A DNA stretch of 64,000 bases from an uncultured Verrucomicrobiota bacterium (GTDB lineage Bacteria > Verrucomicrobiota > Verrucomicrobiia > Limisphaerales > UBA9464): the NCBI GenBank assembly GCA_964525755.1, contig CAZGIK010000026.1, positions 8,168-72,167 on the forward strand, read 5' to 3'. The notes beneath the pieces are model-generated. The model was not told the DNA's origin. It saw only the letters and a program-made list of their open reading frames with translations, and ran no database searches. This document shows positions 46,043 to 54,094 of this stretch, piece by piece. A program made the translations under genes and the position numbers. Each line of letters opens with the position of its first letter. The first letter of the stretch is position 1.

Positions 46043-46915
46043 CTACCGGATCCCCCTGCCCCCCCGCCGCACCGCCGGCTTCCCCCGGAGGCGGTACTCG
46101 CTGGGCCGCCAGCCGGTCCACTTCTTGAACGTGTTGGAGAAGACGAACGGGTTCGCGTAGCCCACCGCGTCCGCGACCGCCTCCAGCTTCAGGTCCGATT
46201 CCGACAGCAACGTCGCGGCGTGACGCATCCGGAGGTAGGTCACCTGGTTCATGGGGGAACGTCCGAGCTGCTGCCGGCACAGGCGCCGGAGGTGCTCGCC
46301 GCTGCAGTGGGCGCGCCGGGCCAGCTCGGTCAGGGTCCACGCCTCCCCCGGCCTTGCGGCCACGGCCTCCCAGACCCGGCTCAGGCGGTCCTCGACATGC
46401 CACGGCTGGGCGAAGCGGACGACATAGCCGTGGATCAGCTCGACCCAGTGGTGCACCAGGGCGGGCCGGGGGTCGACGGCCTGCTCGGCATGCAGTCCGC
46501 GCACCGCCGCGGCGAGGGCCGCGGAGTTGAAGCGGGCCAGCACCGGGGCGCTCGCCGTCCCCAGCGGCCCCGCCCCCGCGTCGGCGTCGTAGCGCACCCA
46601 GGCAAATCCCCACCGCTTCCCGGGCACGGCGTGGAAGGCGTGCAGCACGTGGGCCGGCGCGAGGCAGGCCTGGCCCGCCACGCACCGGCGCCACCGGCCG
46701 TCGAGCCAGATCCGCCCCTCGCCCTCGAAGCAGGCGAGGAAATGGCTCCCCGGCAGGTCCGTCCGCACCATCGCATACGGTTCCGCGGCGTCGGCGATGC
46801 CGGTGTGGGCCAGGTGATGGGGGGCGAAGGCGGGGCAGTCGGCCACCCGGACGATCCATTCCCGCGTGTGCGGCCCCACGCGATGGGTCTCGACGAGCTG
46901 GGGATGGGTCATCAC
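46043..46915 (-). CDS. AraC-family transcriptional regulator (cupin-like sensor + HTH)
   Basis: C-terminal WTLTELARRAHCSGEHLRRLCRQQLGRSPMNQVTYLRMRHAATLL...GYANPFVFSNTFKKWTGWRPSEYR. Confidence 0.85.
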   Translation of the reverse strand: MMTHPQLVETHRVGPHTREWIVRVADCPAFAPHHLAHTGIADAAEPYAMVRTDLPGSHFLACFEGEGRIWLDGRWRRCVAGQACLAPAHVLHAFHAVPGKRWGFAWVRYDADAGAGPLGTASAPVLARFNSAALAAAVRGLHAEQAVDPRPALVHHWVELIHGYVVRFAQPWHVEDRLSRVWEAVAARPGEAWTLTELARRAHCSGEHLRRLCRQQLGRSPMNQVTYLRMRHAATLLSESDLKLEAVADAVGYANPFVFSNTFKKWTGWRPSEYRLRGKPAVRRGGRGIR

Positions 46916-47047
46916 GTCCGCCCCAGCATCGTCGCCCCCCGCTCCCCGCTCAAGCCCGCCCCGGTGGCCCCGCCCGTTTGCTTTCGGATAGGCGCCCGTG
47001 GCTCTGCGGCATTGCCGGACGGTTGCGCGGTGCGCTACTCACTCCCC

Positions 47048-47080
47048 GTCAACCGTCCGTCAACCGTCCGCCAACCGCCC
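47048..47080 (+). promoter_or_regulatory. Three tandem 11-bp repeats in the divergent AraC / PEP-hydrolase-like promoter region
   Basis: gtcaaccgtcc gtcaaccgtcc gccaaccgccc, 26 nt upstream of the ATG at 47106. The 11-bp phasing is about one helical turn. Confidence 0.35.
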
Positions 47081-47105
47081 GCCATCCCAGCCCCCCCAAC
47101 ACGCC

Positions 47106-48029
47106 ATGCCCAACCCCTGGACCGGCAAAGGAAACCCCTACACCCGCAAGGAGGTCCGCGACCGCCTCATGGACACCCTCCGCAAGGGGGACGCCATCAT
47201 CGCCGCGGGCGCCGGCACCGGCATCAGCGCCAAGTTCATCGAACGGGGCGGGGCCGACCTGATCATCATCTACAACTCGGGCCGCTTCCGCATGATGGGC
47301 CACGGCTCCACCTGCGGAATGATGGCCTACGGCGACGCCAACGCGATCGCCATGGAGATCGGCGAGTACGAGGTGCTCCCCGTGGTGGAGGAGGTGCCGG
47401 TGATCTGCGGCGTCCACGCCACCGACCCGCGCCGCCGCATGTGGCACTGGCTCCTCCAGGTGAAGGAGATGGGCTTCTCCGGCGTGAACAACTTCCCCAC
47501 CCACACCATCGTCGACGGCCACTTCCGCGGCGTGCTGGAGGAGACCGGCATGAGCGTGCGCAAGGAGTACGAGATGGTCGCCCTCGCCCGCCGCATGGAC
47601 CTGTTCAGCATCGTCTACGTGGGCAGCCCGGAGGAGGCGGAGGAGATGGCCAAGGCCGGCGCCGACGCCATCATCGCCCACGTGGGTACCACGGTCGGCG
47701 GGTCGATCGGGGTGACCAAGGCCGTGGTGGGCTGGGACCACACCCTGAAGCGGACCCAGGAGATCATCGACGCCGCCAGCCGGGTCCGGAAGGACATCTT
47801 CTTCCTCTGCCACGGCGGGCCGATCAACACCCCGGCCGATGCCGACCGGGTGCTGAAGAACACCGACGCGGTGGGGTTCGTGGGGGCCAGCTCACTGGAG
47901 CGCATGGGCGTGGAGGAATCCCTCACCAACCTGACCCGGGAGTTCAAGCGCCTGCAGGCGCCGGCCGCCGGGCGCGGGGGCCGGGGCAAGTCGACCCCCC
48001 GGAAGCCCGCCGCGAAGCGCTCCCGCTGA
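47106..48029 (+). CDS. Phosphoenolpyruvate-hydrolase-like TIM-barrel protein (Tm-1 C-terminal-domain family)
   Basis: IIAAGAGTGISAKFIERGGADLIIIYNSGRFRMMG...GVNNFPTHTIVDGHFRGVLEETGMS...AHVGTTVGGSIG. Basic C-terminal tail. Confidence 0.75.
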   Translation: MPNPWTGKGNPYTRKEVRDRLMDTLRKGDAIIAAGAGTGISAKFIERGGADLIIIYNSGRFRMMGHGSTCGMMAYGDANAIAMEIGEYEVLPVVEEVPVICGVHATDPRRRMWHWLLQVKEMGFSGVNNFPTHTIVDGHFRGVLEETGMSVRKEYEMVALARRMDLFSIVYVGSPEEAEEMAKAGADAIIAHVGTTVGGSIGVTKAVVGWDHTLKRTQEIIDAASRVRKDIFFLCHGGPINTPADADRVLKNTDAVGFVGASSLERMGVEESLTNLTREFKRLQAPAAGRGGRGKSTPRKPAAKRSR

Positions 48030-48058
48030 TCCGTCGCCTCCCCCCCTCCCCCAACGCC

Positions 48059-48460
48059 ATGCCCAAGCACCGCTTCCTGACCGAGACCGAGGCCCTCAAG
48101 GAGGACTACAAGGGCCGGACCAACTACTGGCTGGCCCGGCCGGAGATCGCCGACGCCGAGGACCTGCAGCTCTGTCGTGCCGTGCTGCCGGCGGGCGAGG
48201 GTCACAACTTCCACACCCACCCGGAACTGGAGGAGATCATCTACGTCCTCTCCGGGCAGGTGGAGCAGTGGGTGGAACAGGAGAAACGCCTCCTGGGACC
48301 CGGCGAGGTGGCCCACATCCCCCGCGGAATCGTCCACGCCACCTTCAACCCCACCGATGCCGACGCCGTGATCCTCGCCATCCTTTCGCCCGCCGCCGCC
48401 CAGGGTCCCTTCCTGGTGGACGTCAGCGCGGAGGAACCCTGGTGCTCGCTCCGCGGCTGA
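48059..48460 (+). CDS. Cupin-domain protein
   Basis: Cupin motifs GEGHNFHTHPELEEIIYVLSG and GEVAHIPRGIVH. Confidence 0.8.
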   Translation: MPKHRFLTETEALKEDYKGRTNYWLARPEIADAEDLQLCRAVLPAGEGHNFHTHPELEEIIYVLSGQVEQWVEQEKRLLGPGEVAHIPRGIVHATFNPTDADAVILAILSPAAAQGPFLVDVSAEEPWCSLRG

Positions 48461-48464
48461 CCGC

Positions 48465-48902
48465 ATGTCCCCGCCCGATCCGACCATCGACCCCCGGCGC
48501 TTCGTGACCGCCGCCGAGGCGGTCACCGAGACCACCCCCTTCACCCTCAACGCGTGGCTCGCGCGGCCCGACGTGGTCCCGTGCCGCGACCTGCTCCTCG
48601 TCCGGGCCACGATGGCCCCCGGCGACTGCCATCCCTTCCATCATCACCCGAACCGCGAGGAGATCATCTATGTCCTCAGCGGACAGGCTGAGCAGTGGTG
48701 CGGCGGGACCTCCCGGGTGCTGCATCCCGGCGAGATGGTGCTGATCCCGCGCGGGGAAGTGCACGGCACTTACAACCCGTTCCGCGAACCGCTGATCTTC
48801 CTCGCCATCCTCGCCCCGGCCGACGCGCCGGGTCCGGACACGGTCGATGTCTCGTCGGACCCGGAGTGGGTGGGGCGGCGGACGCCCCGTGGCTGCGGAT
48901 GA
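48465..48902 (+). CDS. Cupin-domain protein (paralog of the preceding gene)
   Basis: PGDCHPFHHHPNREEIIYVLSG and GEMVLIPRGEVH. Starts 4 nt after the previous stop. Confidence 0.8.
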   Translation: MSPPDPTIDPRRFVTAAEAVTETTPFTLNAWLARPDVVPCRDLLLVRATMAPGDCHPFHHHPNREEIIYVLSGQAEQWCGGTSRVLHPGEMVLIPRGEVHGTYNPFREPLIFLAILAPADAPGPDTVDVSSDPEWVGRRTPRGCG

Positions 48903-48929
48903 TCATCCGCGGTGCCCGACGGCGGGATG

Positions 48930-49542
48930 GGGCTCGGCGGGAGCCTCGCGCCACCGGTCCGGCGGGCGGCCCATGGCGGCGGATGGTGAATCCGCCGGAT
49001 GTCGGGCTTCTCCCCTCCCTCCCTTCGGCATCGGCATCCGGATCGCTCCAGGCTCGGAGGCGTCGGTCCCTCGCGGGACCGATCGGGCTCGCAGGCTCGC
49101 CCCATCGAAGAGGGCGAAGGGCCAACGGCAATGGGGCCCGGCGGATTCACCATCCGCCGCCACGTGGCGCGTTCGTGGCGGAGGCCGATAGGCCGCCGTT
49201 TTCCATCGCGGTCGGGGTCGGAGTCGGAATCGGAATCGATCCCTCCGGTCCCTTCGCCCTTCGTCCCTTCCGGAGCGCTGCGCTCCTGCGCGGCGCGCCC
49301 CGCGCCCCTCGGGCCGTGGAGGGGCGAACCCGCGTCAGCGGGTGAGTCCGACGGGGTCCGTCAGGACCCCGCAGGGCTTGGGGGGAGGACGCACGGACCG
49401 GCCGCCGATCGGCGGCGGCTACGGGAGAGAGGGCGTCGGTCCCTCGCGGGACCGATCGGGCTCGCAGGCTCGCCCCTCGGGCCGTGGAGGGATGAGCCCG
49501 CGCCAGCGGGCGAGTCCGACGGGGTCCGCAAGGACCCCGCAG
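48930..49542. repeat. Largest mosaic repeat cluster (modules A, C, E, F, D)
   Basis: Module A at 48930-48955. Module C inverted at 48975-48998 and direct at 49140-49161. Module E at 49060-49103 and 49433-49475 (a 43-bp identical core). Module F at 49308-49375 and 49476-49542. Module D at 49399-49423. Confidence 0.85.
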
Positions 49543-49578
49543 CTCTCGAAAGCGCATCCGCGTCGATCCCTGGCGGGA

Positions 49579-49764
49579 GCTAGCCCGGATTTCTCAACGA
49601 CTTTCGTCGCGAGGCGCAGCGAAAGCCCGTCTGGCTAGGCGGCCGAAGCGGTTCCGAACCGGGCTGTATGAGCACATACTGTCCGGCGAGGAACGCGAGG
49701 CCAACGCAGCCAGGCGGGCTTGCAGCCAGCCGCAGCAGAAAGGCGGTGGGAAATCCGGGCTAGC
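49579..49764. other. 186-nt element bounded by perfect 15-bp inverted repeats: candidate structured RNA (6S-like rod with large internal loop) or MITE
   Basis: GCTAGCCCGGATTTC (49579-49593) pairs with GAAATCCGGGCTAGC (49750-49764). An inner 12-bp helix pairs GCCCGTCTGGCT (49625-49636) with AGCCAGGCGGGC (49708-49719). An apical hairpin is centred on GTATG-AGCA-CATAC. The right arm contains the lpxD TAG stop. Confidence 0.3.
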
Positions 49765-50794
49765 CCGACGACTCGGACCGGTCCAGGCGCTTCTCCAGGT
49801 CATGGACGCGGCGCAGCAGTTCCGGCAGACGCTCCAGCGCCAGGAGCTGGCGCTTGGTCACCCGGTCCGGTTGGGCGGGCGAACCCATCCACTTCTGCCC
49901 CTCCGGGATGTGGTTCATCACCCCCGACTGCGCCGCAATCGTCACCCGGTCCCCGATCCGCAGATGCCCGGCGATCCCCACCTGCCCCGCCACGGTGGCG
50001 TGGCTGCCGATGCGCGTCGAACCGGCAATTCCCACCTGCGCCACGATGATGCAATGCTCGCCGATGGTGACGTTGTGGGCGATCTGGACGAGGTTGTCGA
50101 TCTTGGTGCCCCGCCCGATGACCGTCGCCCCCAGCGCGGCCCGGTCGATGGTCACGTTGGCCCCGACCTCGACGTCGTCGTGGAGGATCACCTGCCCCAC
50201 CTGCGGCACCTTGCGGTGTTCGCCCTGGTCGAGCACGTAGCCGAATCCGTCCGACCCCACCACGGTGCCGGCATGGATCCGCACACGGCGTCCGATGGTC
50301 GTCCGTCGATAGATGGTGACGTTGGGGAAGATGCGGCAGTCCTCGCCGAGGGAACAGTCGTCCCCGACGAACACCCCGCCGGTCAGGACCGTTCGCGGCC
50401 CGATCCGGGTGCGCTCGCCCACGGCGCAGAACGGTCCGATCGACGCCGCGGGATCGATCTCCGCGGAGGCGGCGACGACGGCCGACGGGTGGATTCCGGG
50501 ACGGTCCTCCGGCTCGGGGAAGAAGAGCGGGAGCACCTGGGCGAAGGCCACCCGCGCGTTGGCCACCCGGATCAGGGTCTTGCCCTGGGGGACATGGTCC
50601 CCGGCCACCAGCACGGCCGATGCGGCACTGTGGCTCGCCCGCTGGAAATAGGCCTCGTTCTCGGCAAAGGTCAGGTCGCCCGGCCGGGCCCCATCGGCCG
50701 GGGCAAAACCGGTCAGCACCAGGTCAGGATCCCCCACCACCACGCCCCCCAGACGGGAGGCCACGTCGGATGCGGTCAGCGACGGCATGGTCAT
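49760..50794 (-). CDS. lpxD: UDP-3-O-acylglucosamine N-acyltransferase
   Basis: Start [17 protein letters not shown]. Long run of hexapeptide repeats. Its start overlaps the panD stop (ATGA). Confidence 0.9.
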   Translation of the reverse strand: MTMPSLTASDVASRLGGVVVGDPDLVLTGFAPADGARPGDLTFAENEAYFQRASHSAASAVLVAGDHVPQGKTLIRVANARVAFAQVLPLFFPEPEDRPGIHPSAVVAASAEIDPAASIGPFCAVGERTRIGPRTVLTGGVFVGDDCSLGEDCRIFPNVTIYRRTTIGRRVRIHAGTVVGSDGFGYVLDQGEHRKVPQVGQVILHDDVEVGANVTIDRAALGATVIGRGTKIDNLVQIAHNVTIGEHCIIVAQVGIAGSTRIGSHATVAGQVGIAGHLRIGDRVTIAAQSGVMNHIPEGQKWMGSPAQPDRVTKRQLLALERLPELLRRVHDLEKRLDRSESSG

Positions 50795-51153
50795 CCTCCG
50801 GTCGCCCTCACGACGGTGTTGGTCCGGTCCAGCACCAGGACCCGGGGTTTCCAGTCGGCCGCGGAGGCCGCCTCCACCTCGGCGAAGGCCATGATGGTCA
50901 GGCGGTCGCCAATCCGGCCGAGATGGGCCACCGCCCCGTTCAGCTCGATGACGCCGGAGCCGCGTCGGCCGGGAATGATGTAGGTCTCCCAGCGGGCTCC
51001 GTTGGCCATGTTGCCGCACAGGATCCGCTCGTACGGCAGGAAGCCCGCCTGCTCGATGAGATCCTCGGCGATGGTGAGGCTGCCCTCGTATTCGACACTG
51101 GCCCCGGTGACGGTGGCCAGGTGCAGCTTCGATTTGAGAAGATGGACCCGCAT
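50791..51153 (-). CDS. panD: Aspartate 1-decarboxylase
   Basis: [28 protein letters not shown] (self-processing G-S site) ...NGARWETY. Confidence 0.95.
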   Translation of the reverse strand: MRVHLLKSKLHLATVTGASVEYEGSLTIAEDLIEQAGFLPYERILCGNMANGARWETYIIPGRRGSGVIELNGAVAHLGRIGDRLTIMAFAEVEAASAADWKPRVLVLDRTNTVVRATGG

Positions 51154-51306
51154 GGCACTCGGGCGTGGTCGGGACCGGATCCAGCCGGTCCCTGCAGGCT
51201 AAAACCCGCCCACGCCAAGTCGTTCATTGACCCCTAAAACGCCGGTCAGTATAGGACTCGGGTCACCGTACACAATCCCCGGGTTGACCCGGTTTCCCCC
51301 CGAATC

Positions 51307-52470
51307 ATGAGCAGAAAAATCCGCTACGGCATGGTCGGCGGCGGCCGCGGCGCCTTCATCGGCGCCGTCCACCGCATCGCCGCGAACATCGACGGCCAGA
51401 TCGAACTGGTCTGCGGCGCCTTCTCCTCCGATCCCGAGAAGTCCCGCGCCTCGGGTGCCGACCTCTACCTGCCGCCGGACCGGTGCTACGGAAGCTTCCA
51501 GGAGATGATCGCCACCGAGGCGAAGCTGCCCGAGGGCGAGCGGATGGACTTCGTGTCGATCGTCACCCCGAACCACGTCCACTTCCCCCCGGCCAAAATG
51601 GCACTCGAGCATGGCTTCCATGTGCTGAGCGACAAGCCGGCCACGTTCGACCTCGCCGAGGCCAAGGCCCTCCAGGAGCTCGTCCGGAAGTCCCGCCTGC
51701 TCTACGGCCTGACCCACAACTACACCGGCTACCCCCTCGTGAAGGAGGCCCGGGACCTGGTCCAGTCCGGGCGCCTCGGCAAGATCCGCAAGGTGGTGGT
51801 GGAGTATCCCCAGGGCTGGCTCGCCACCCGGATCGAGGCCTCGGGACAGAAGCAGGCCTCGTGGCGGACCGATCCCAAGCGCTCGGGCGCGGCGGGGTGC
51901 ATCGGGGACATCGGCACCCACGCCGAGAACCTCGCCGAGTACGTCACCGGCCTCCAGATCAGCGAACTGGCCGCCGACCTGACCAGCTTCGTCAAGGGGC
52001 GGAAGCTCGACGATGACGGCAACGTGCTCCTCCGGTTCAAGGGCGGCGCAAAGGGCGTGCTCCACAGCTCGCAGATCTCCGTGGGCGAGGAGAACAACCT
52101 CAACCTCCGGGTCTACGGCGAGAAGGGCGGCCTTGAGTGGCATCAGAAGGAACCCAACACCCTGCTGGTGAAATGGCCCGACCAGCCGATGCAGGTGTAC
52201 CGCACCGCCAACGGCTACCTCGGGAAGAACGCCGCCGCCGCCTCGCGAACCCCGCCCGCCCATCCCGAGGGCTACCTCGAGGCGTTCGCCAACATCTACC
52301 GCAACTTCGCCGGAGCCGTCCGCGCGCGCCTCGAGAAGCGCAAGCTGCCGGCCGGCGATCCCGCCCTGGACTTCCCCAAGATCGAGGACGGCGTCCGCGG
52401 CATGGCGTTCATCGAGGCGGTGGTCGCCTCGTCGAAGAACAACGCCGCCTGGACGAAGCTCGAGGCCTGA
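51307..52470 (+). CDS. Gfo/Idh/MocA-family NAD(P)-dependent oxidoreductase
   Basis: N-terminal Rossmann IRYGMVGGGRGAFIGAVH, and the typical EKP-type region DKPATFDLAEA. Confidence 0.88.
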   Translation: MSRKIRYGMVGGGRGAFIGAVHRIAANIDGQIELVCGAFSSDPEKSRASGADLYLPPDRCYGSFQEMIATEAKLPEGERMDFVSIVTPNHVHFPPAKMALEHGFHVLSDKPATFDLAEAKALQELVRKSRLLYGLTHNYTGYPLVKEARDLVQSGRLGKIRKVVVEYPQGWLATRIEASGQKQASWRTDPKRSGAAGCIGDIGTHAENLAEYVTGLQISELAADLTSFVKGRKLDDDGNVLLRFKGGAKGVLHSSQISVGEENNLNLRVYGEKGGLEWHQKEPNTLLVKWPDQPMQVYRTANGYLGKNAAAASRTPPAHPEGYLEAFANIYRNFAGAVRARLEKRKLPAGDPALDFPKIEDGVRGMAFIEAVVASSKNNAAWTKLEA

Positions 52471-52610
52471 CAGCCTGCGAGCCCGCTCGGTCCTGCGAGG
52501 GATCGACGGGCTCGGAGCCTTCATCCCGCGGACGCGGGTTCATCGCTCCGTCGCGGCCGTGTGGGAGGGAGGCATGGACCGCGGCGGATTCATCATCCGC
52601 CGCCCCGGCC
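52471..52610. repeat. Repeat modules (E-like inverted, C)
   Basis: cctgcgagcccgctcggtcctgcgagggatcgacgg (E-like, inverted orientation), and gcggcggattcatcatccgccgcc at 52581-52604. Confidence 0.7.
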
Positions 52611-52658
52611 GCTCTTTTCCCGCCGACACACGGCCCGGCACCCCCTATCGTCCCGCGC

Positions 52659-53663
52659 ATGTCGGCCCCGGCACCCATCGAGTTCTTCAACCGGTACACC
52701 GGCCGCGTCGAACGGGAACAGGTGTATGGCGAGGCGTGGCTGCGCTGGATCTACCACAGCCCGGTCGGGCGCCTCGCGCTCGAAGCCCTGGTGAAGCGCG
52801 CCGTCTTCTCCCGCTGGTACGGGTGGCGCATGGACCGGCCGGCCAGCCGACGGAAGATCGCCCCGTTCATCCGGGAGTTCGGACTCGACCCGGCGGAGTT
52901 CGCGGACCCGCCGGAGGCCTTCCGGACCTTCAACGAGTTCTTCCACCGCCGCCTCGCGCCCGGAACCCGCCCGGTCGATCCGGATCCCGACTCCGTCGTC
53001 TTCCCGGCCGACGCCCGGCACCTCGGCTTCCAGGATGTCTCGCAGGTGGAGGGGATCTTCGTGAAAGGCCAGCAGTTCGACCTGCCCGCCCTGCTGGGGG
53101 ATGCGGATCTGGCCGCCCGGTATGCCCGGGGCACGCTGGTGCTCTCCCGCCTGTGCCCGGTCGACTACCACCGGTACCACTTCCCCACGGGGGGCATTCC
53201 CGGCGAACCGCGGCTCATCCCCGGTCCGCTCTACTCGGTGAACCCCGTCGCCCTCCGGCGCCGGGTGGCCTACCTGTGGGAGAACCGGCGGACCCTCACC
53301 CGCCTCGAAACCGGCTCCCTCGGGACGGTCCTCCTCCTGGAGATCGGCGCCACCAACGTCGGGTCCATGGTCACCACCTTCACCCCCGGACAACCCGTCC
53401 CCAAGGGCGCGGAGAAGGGCTACTTCCGGTTCGGCGGCAGCTCCACCATCACCCTGTTCGAACCCGGCCGGGTCCGGCTGGAAGGGGACCTCGTCGCCCA
53501 GTCCGCGCTCGGACGGGAACTCTACGCCCGGGTGGGCGACCGCATGGGAACCCGGGCGAATCCCGGGCGCGGTCCGGTGGAGGCATTGCGCTCCTGTCCG
53601 GTCGACCTCGACCGGATCGTCCCGGCCCGCAGCCGCGACCTGCCCCGCGAGGCCGGGCTGTGA
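52659..53663 (+). CDS. psd: Phosphatidylserine decarboxylase proenzyme with an unusual C-terminal extension
   Basis: Start MSAPAPIEFFNRY. DYHRYHFP, and the self-cleavage motif FRFGGSST. About 35-40 extra residues follow ...ARVGDRMG (see findings). Confidence 0.85.
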   Translation: MSAPAPIEFFNRYTGRVEREQVYGEAWLRWIYHSPVGRLALEALVKRAVFSRWYGWRMDRPASRRKIAPFIREFGLDPAEFADPPEAFRTFNEFFHRRLAPGTRPVDPDPDSVVFPADARHLGFQDVSQVEGIFVKGQQFDLPALLGDADLAARYARGTLVLSRLCPVDYHRYHFPTGGIPGEPRLIPGPLYSVNPVALRRRVAYLWENRRTLTRLETGSLGTVLLLEIGATNVGSMVTTFTPGQPVPKGAEKGYFRFGGSSTITLFEPGRVRLEGDLVAQSALGRELYARVGDRMGTRANPGRGPVEALRSCPVDLDRIVPARSRDLPREAGL

Positions 53664-54094
53664 ACGTCCTCGTCGACACGAACGTCATCAGCGAGCTGAC
53701 CCGCCGGCTTCCCGATCCGAATGTCATCGCGTGGATGGCTTCGCGGCCCGAGGAGACCATGTTCCTCAGCGTGATCACCGTCGGCGAACTCCTTCAGGGC
53801 GCGCTGCAGCTCCCCGCCGGGAACAGGCGCAGAACTCTCCTCAAGTGGGTTGGTGAGGCGGTCCAAGGCGGCTTTGATGGCCGGATCCTCCCGATCGACC
53901 AGGCGGTCGTCGTCCGTTGGGCGGAAATCCAGGCGCGGGCCAGGAACGCCGGGCTCCCATTGCCGGTCGTCGACAGCCTGATCGCGGCCACCGCATCCGT
54001 GCATGGTCTGGTGGTGGCGACCCGGAACCGGACGGACTTCGCGGACACCGGGGTGGGCCTGGTGGACCCCTGGAATCCTTCAGCCCGGGCATGA
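53660..54094 (+). CDS. vapC: PIN-domain toxin VapC/FitB-like, with no cognate antitoxin gene
   Basis: GTG start giving VNVLVDTNVISEL... ITVGELLQG ... VDSLIAATA ... VATRNRTDF (the four acidic PIN positions are plausible). GTGA overlap with the psd stop, and ATGA overlap with the next gene. Confidence 0.85.
   Translation: MNVLVDTNVISELTRRLPDPNVIAWMASRPEETMFLSVITVGELLQGALQLPAGNRRRTLLKWVGEAVQGGFDGRILPIDQAVVVRWAEIQARARNAGLPLPVVDSLIAATASVHGLVVATRNRTDFADTGVGLVDPWNPSARA

Noticed and set aside
48903-49578. Could the dense repeats between the cupin gene and lpxD be a CRISPR array?
   Set aside because: The units belong to several different families, differ in length (22-70 bp) and occur in both orientations with irregular spacing. 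There are no uniform repeat-spacer periodicity and no cas genes in the window.
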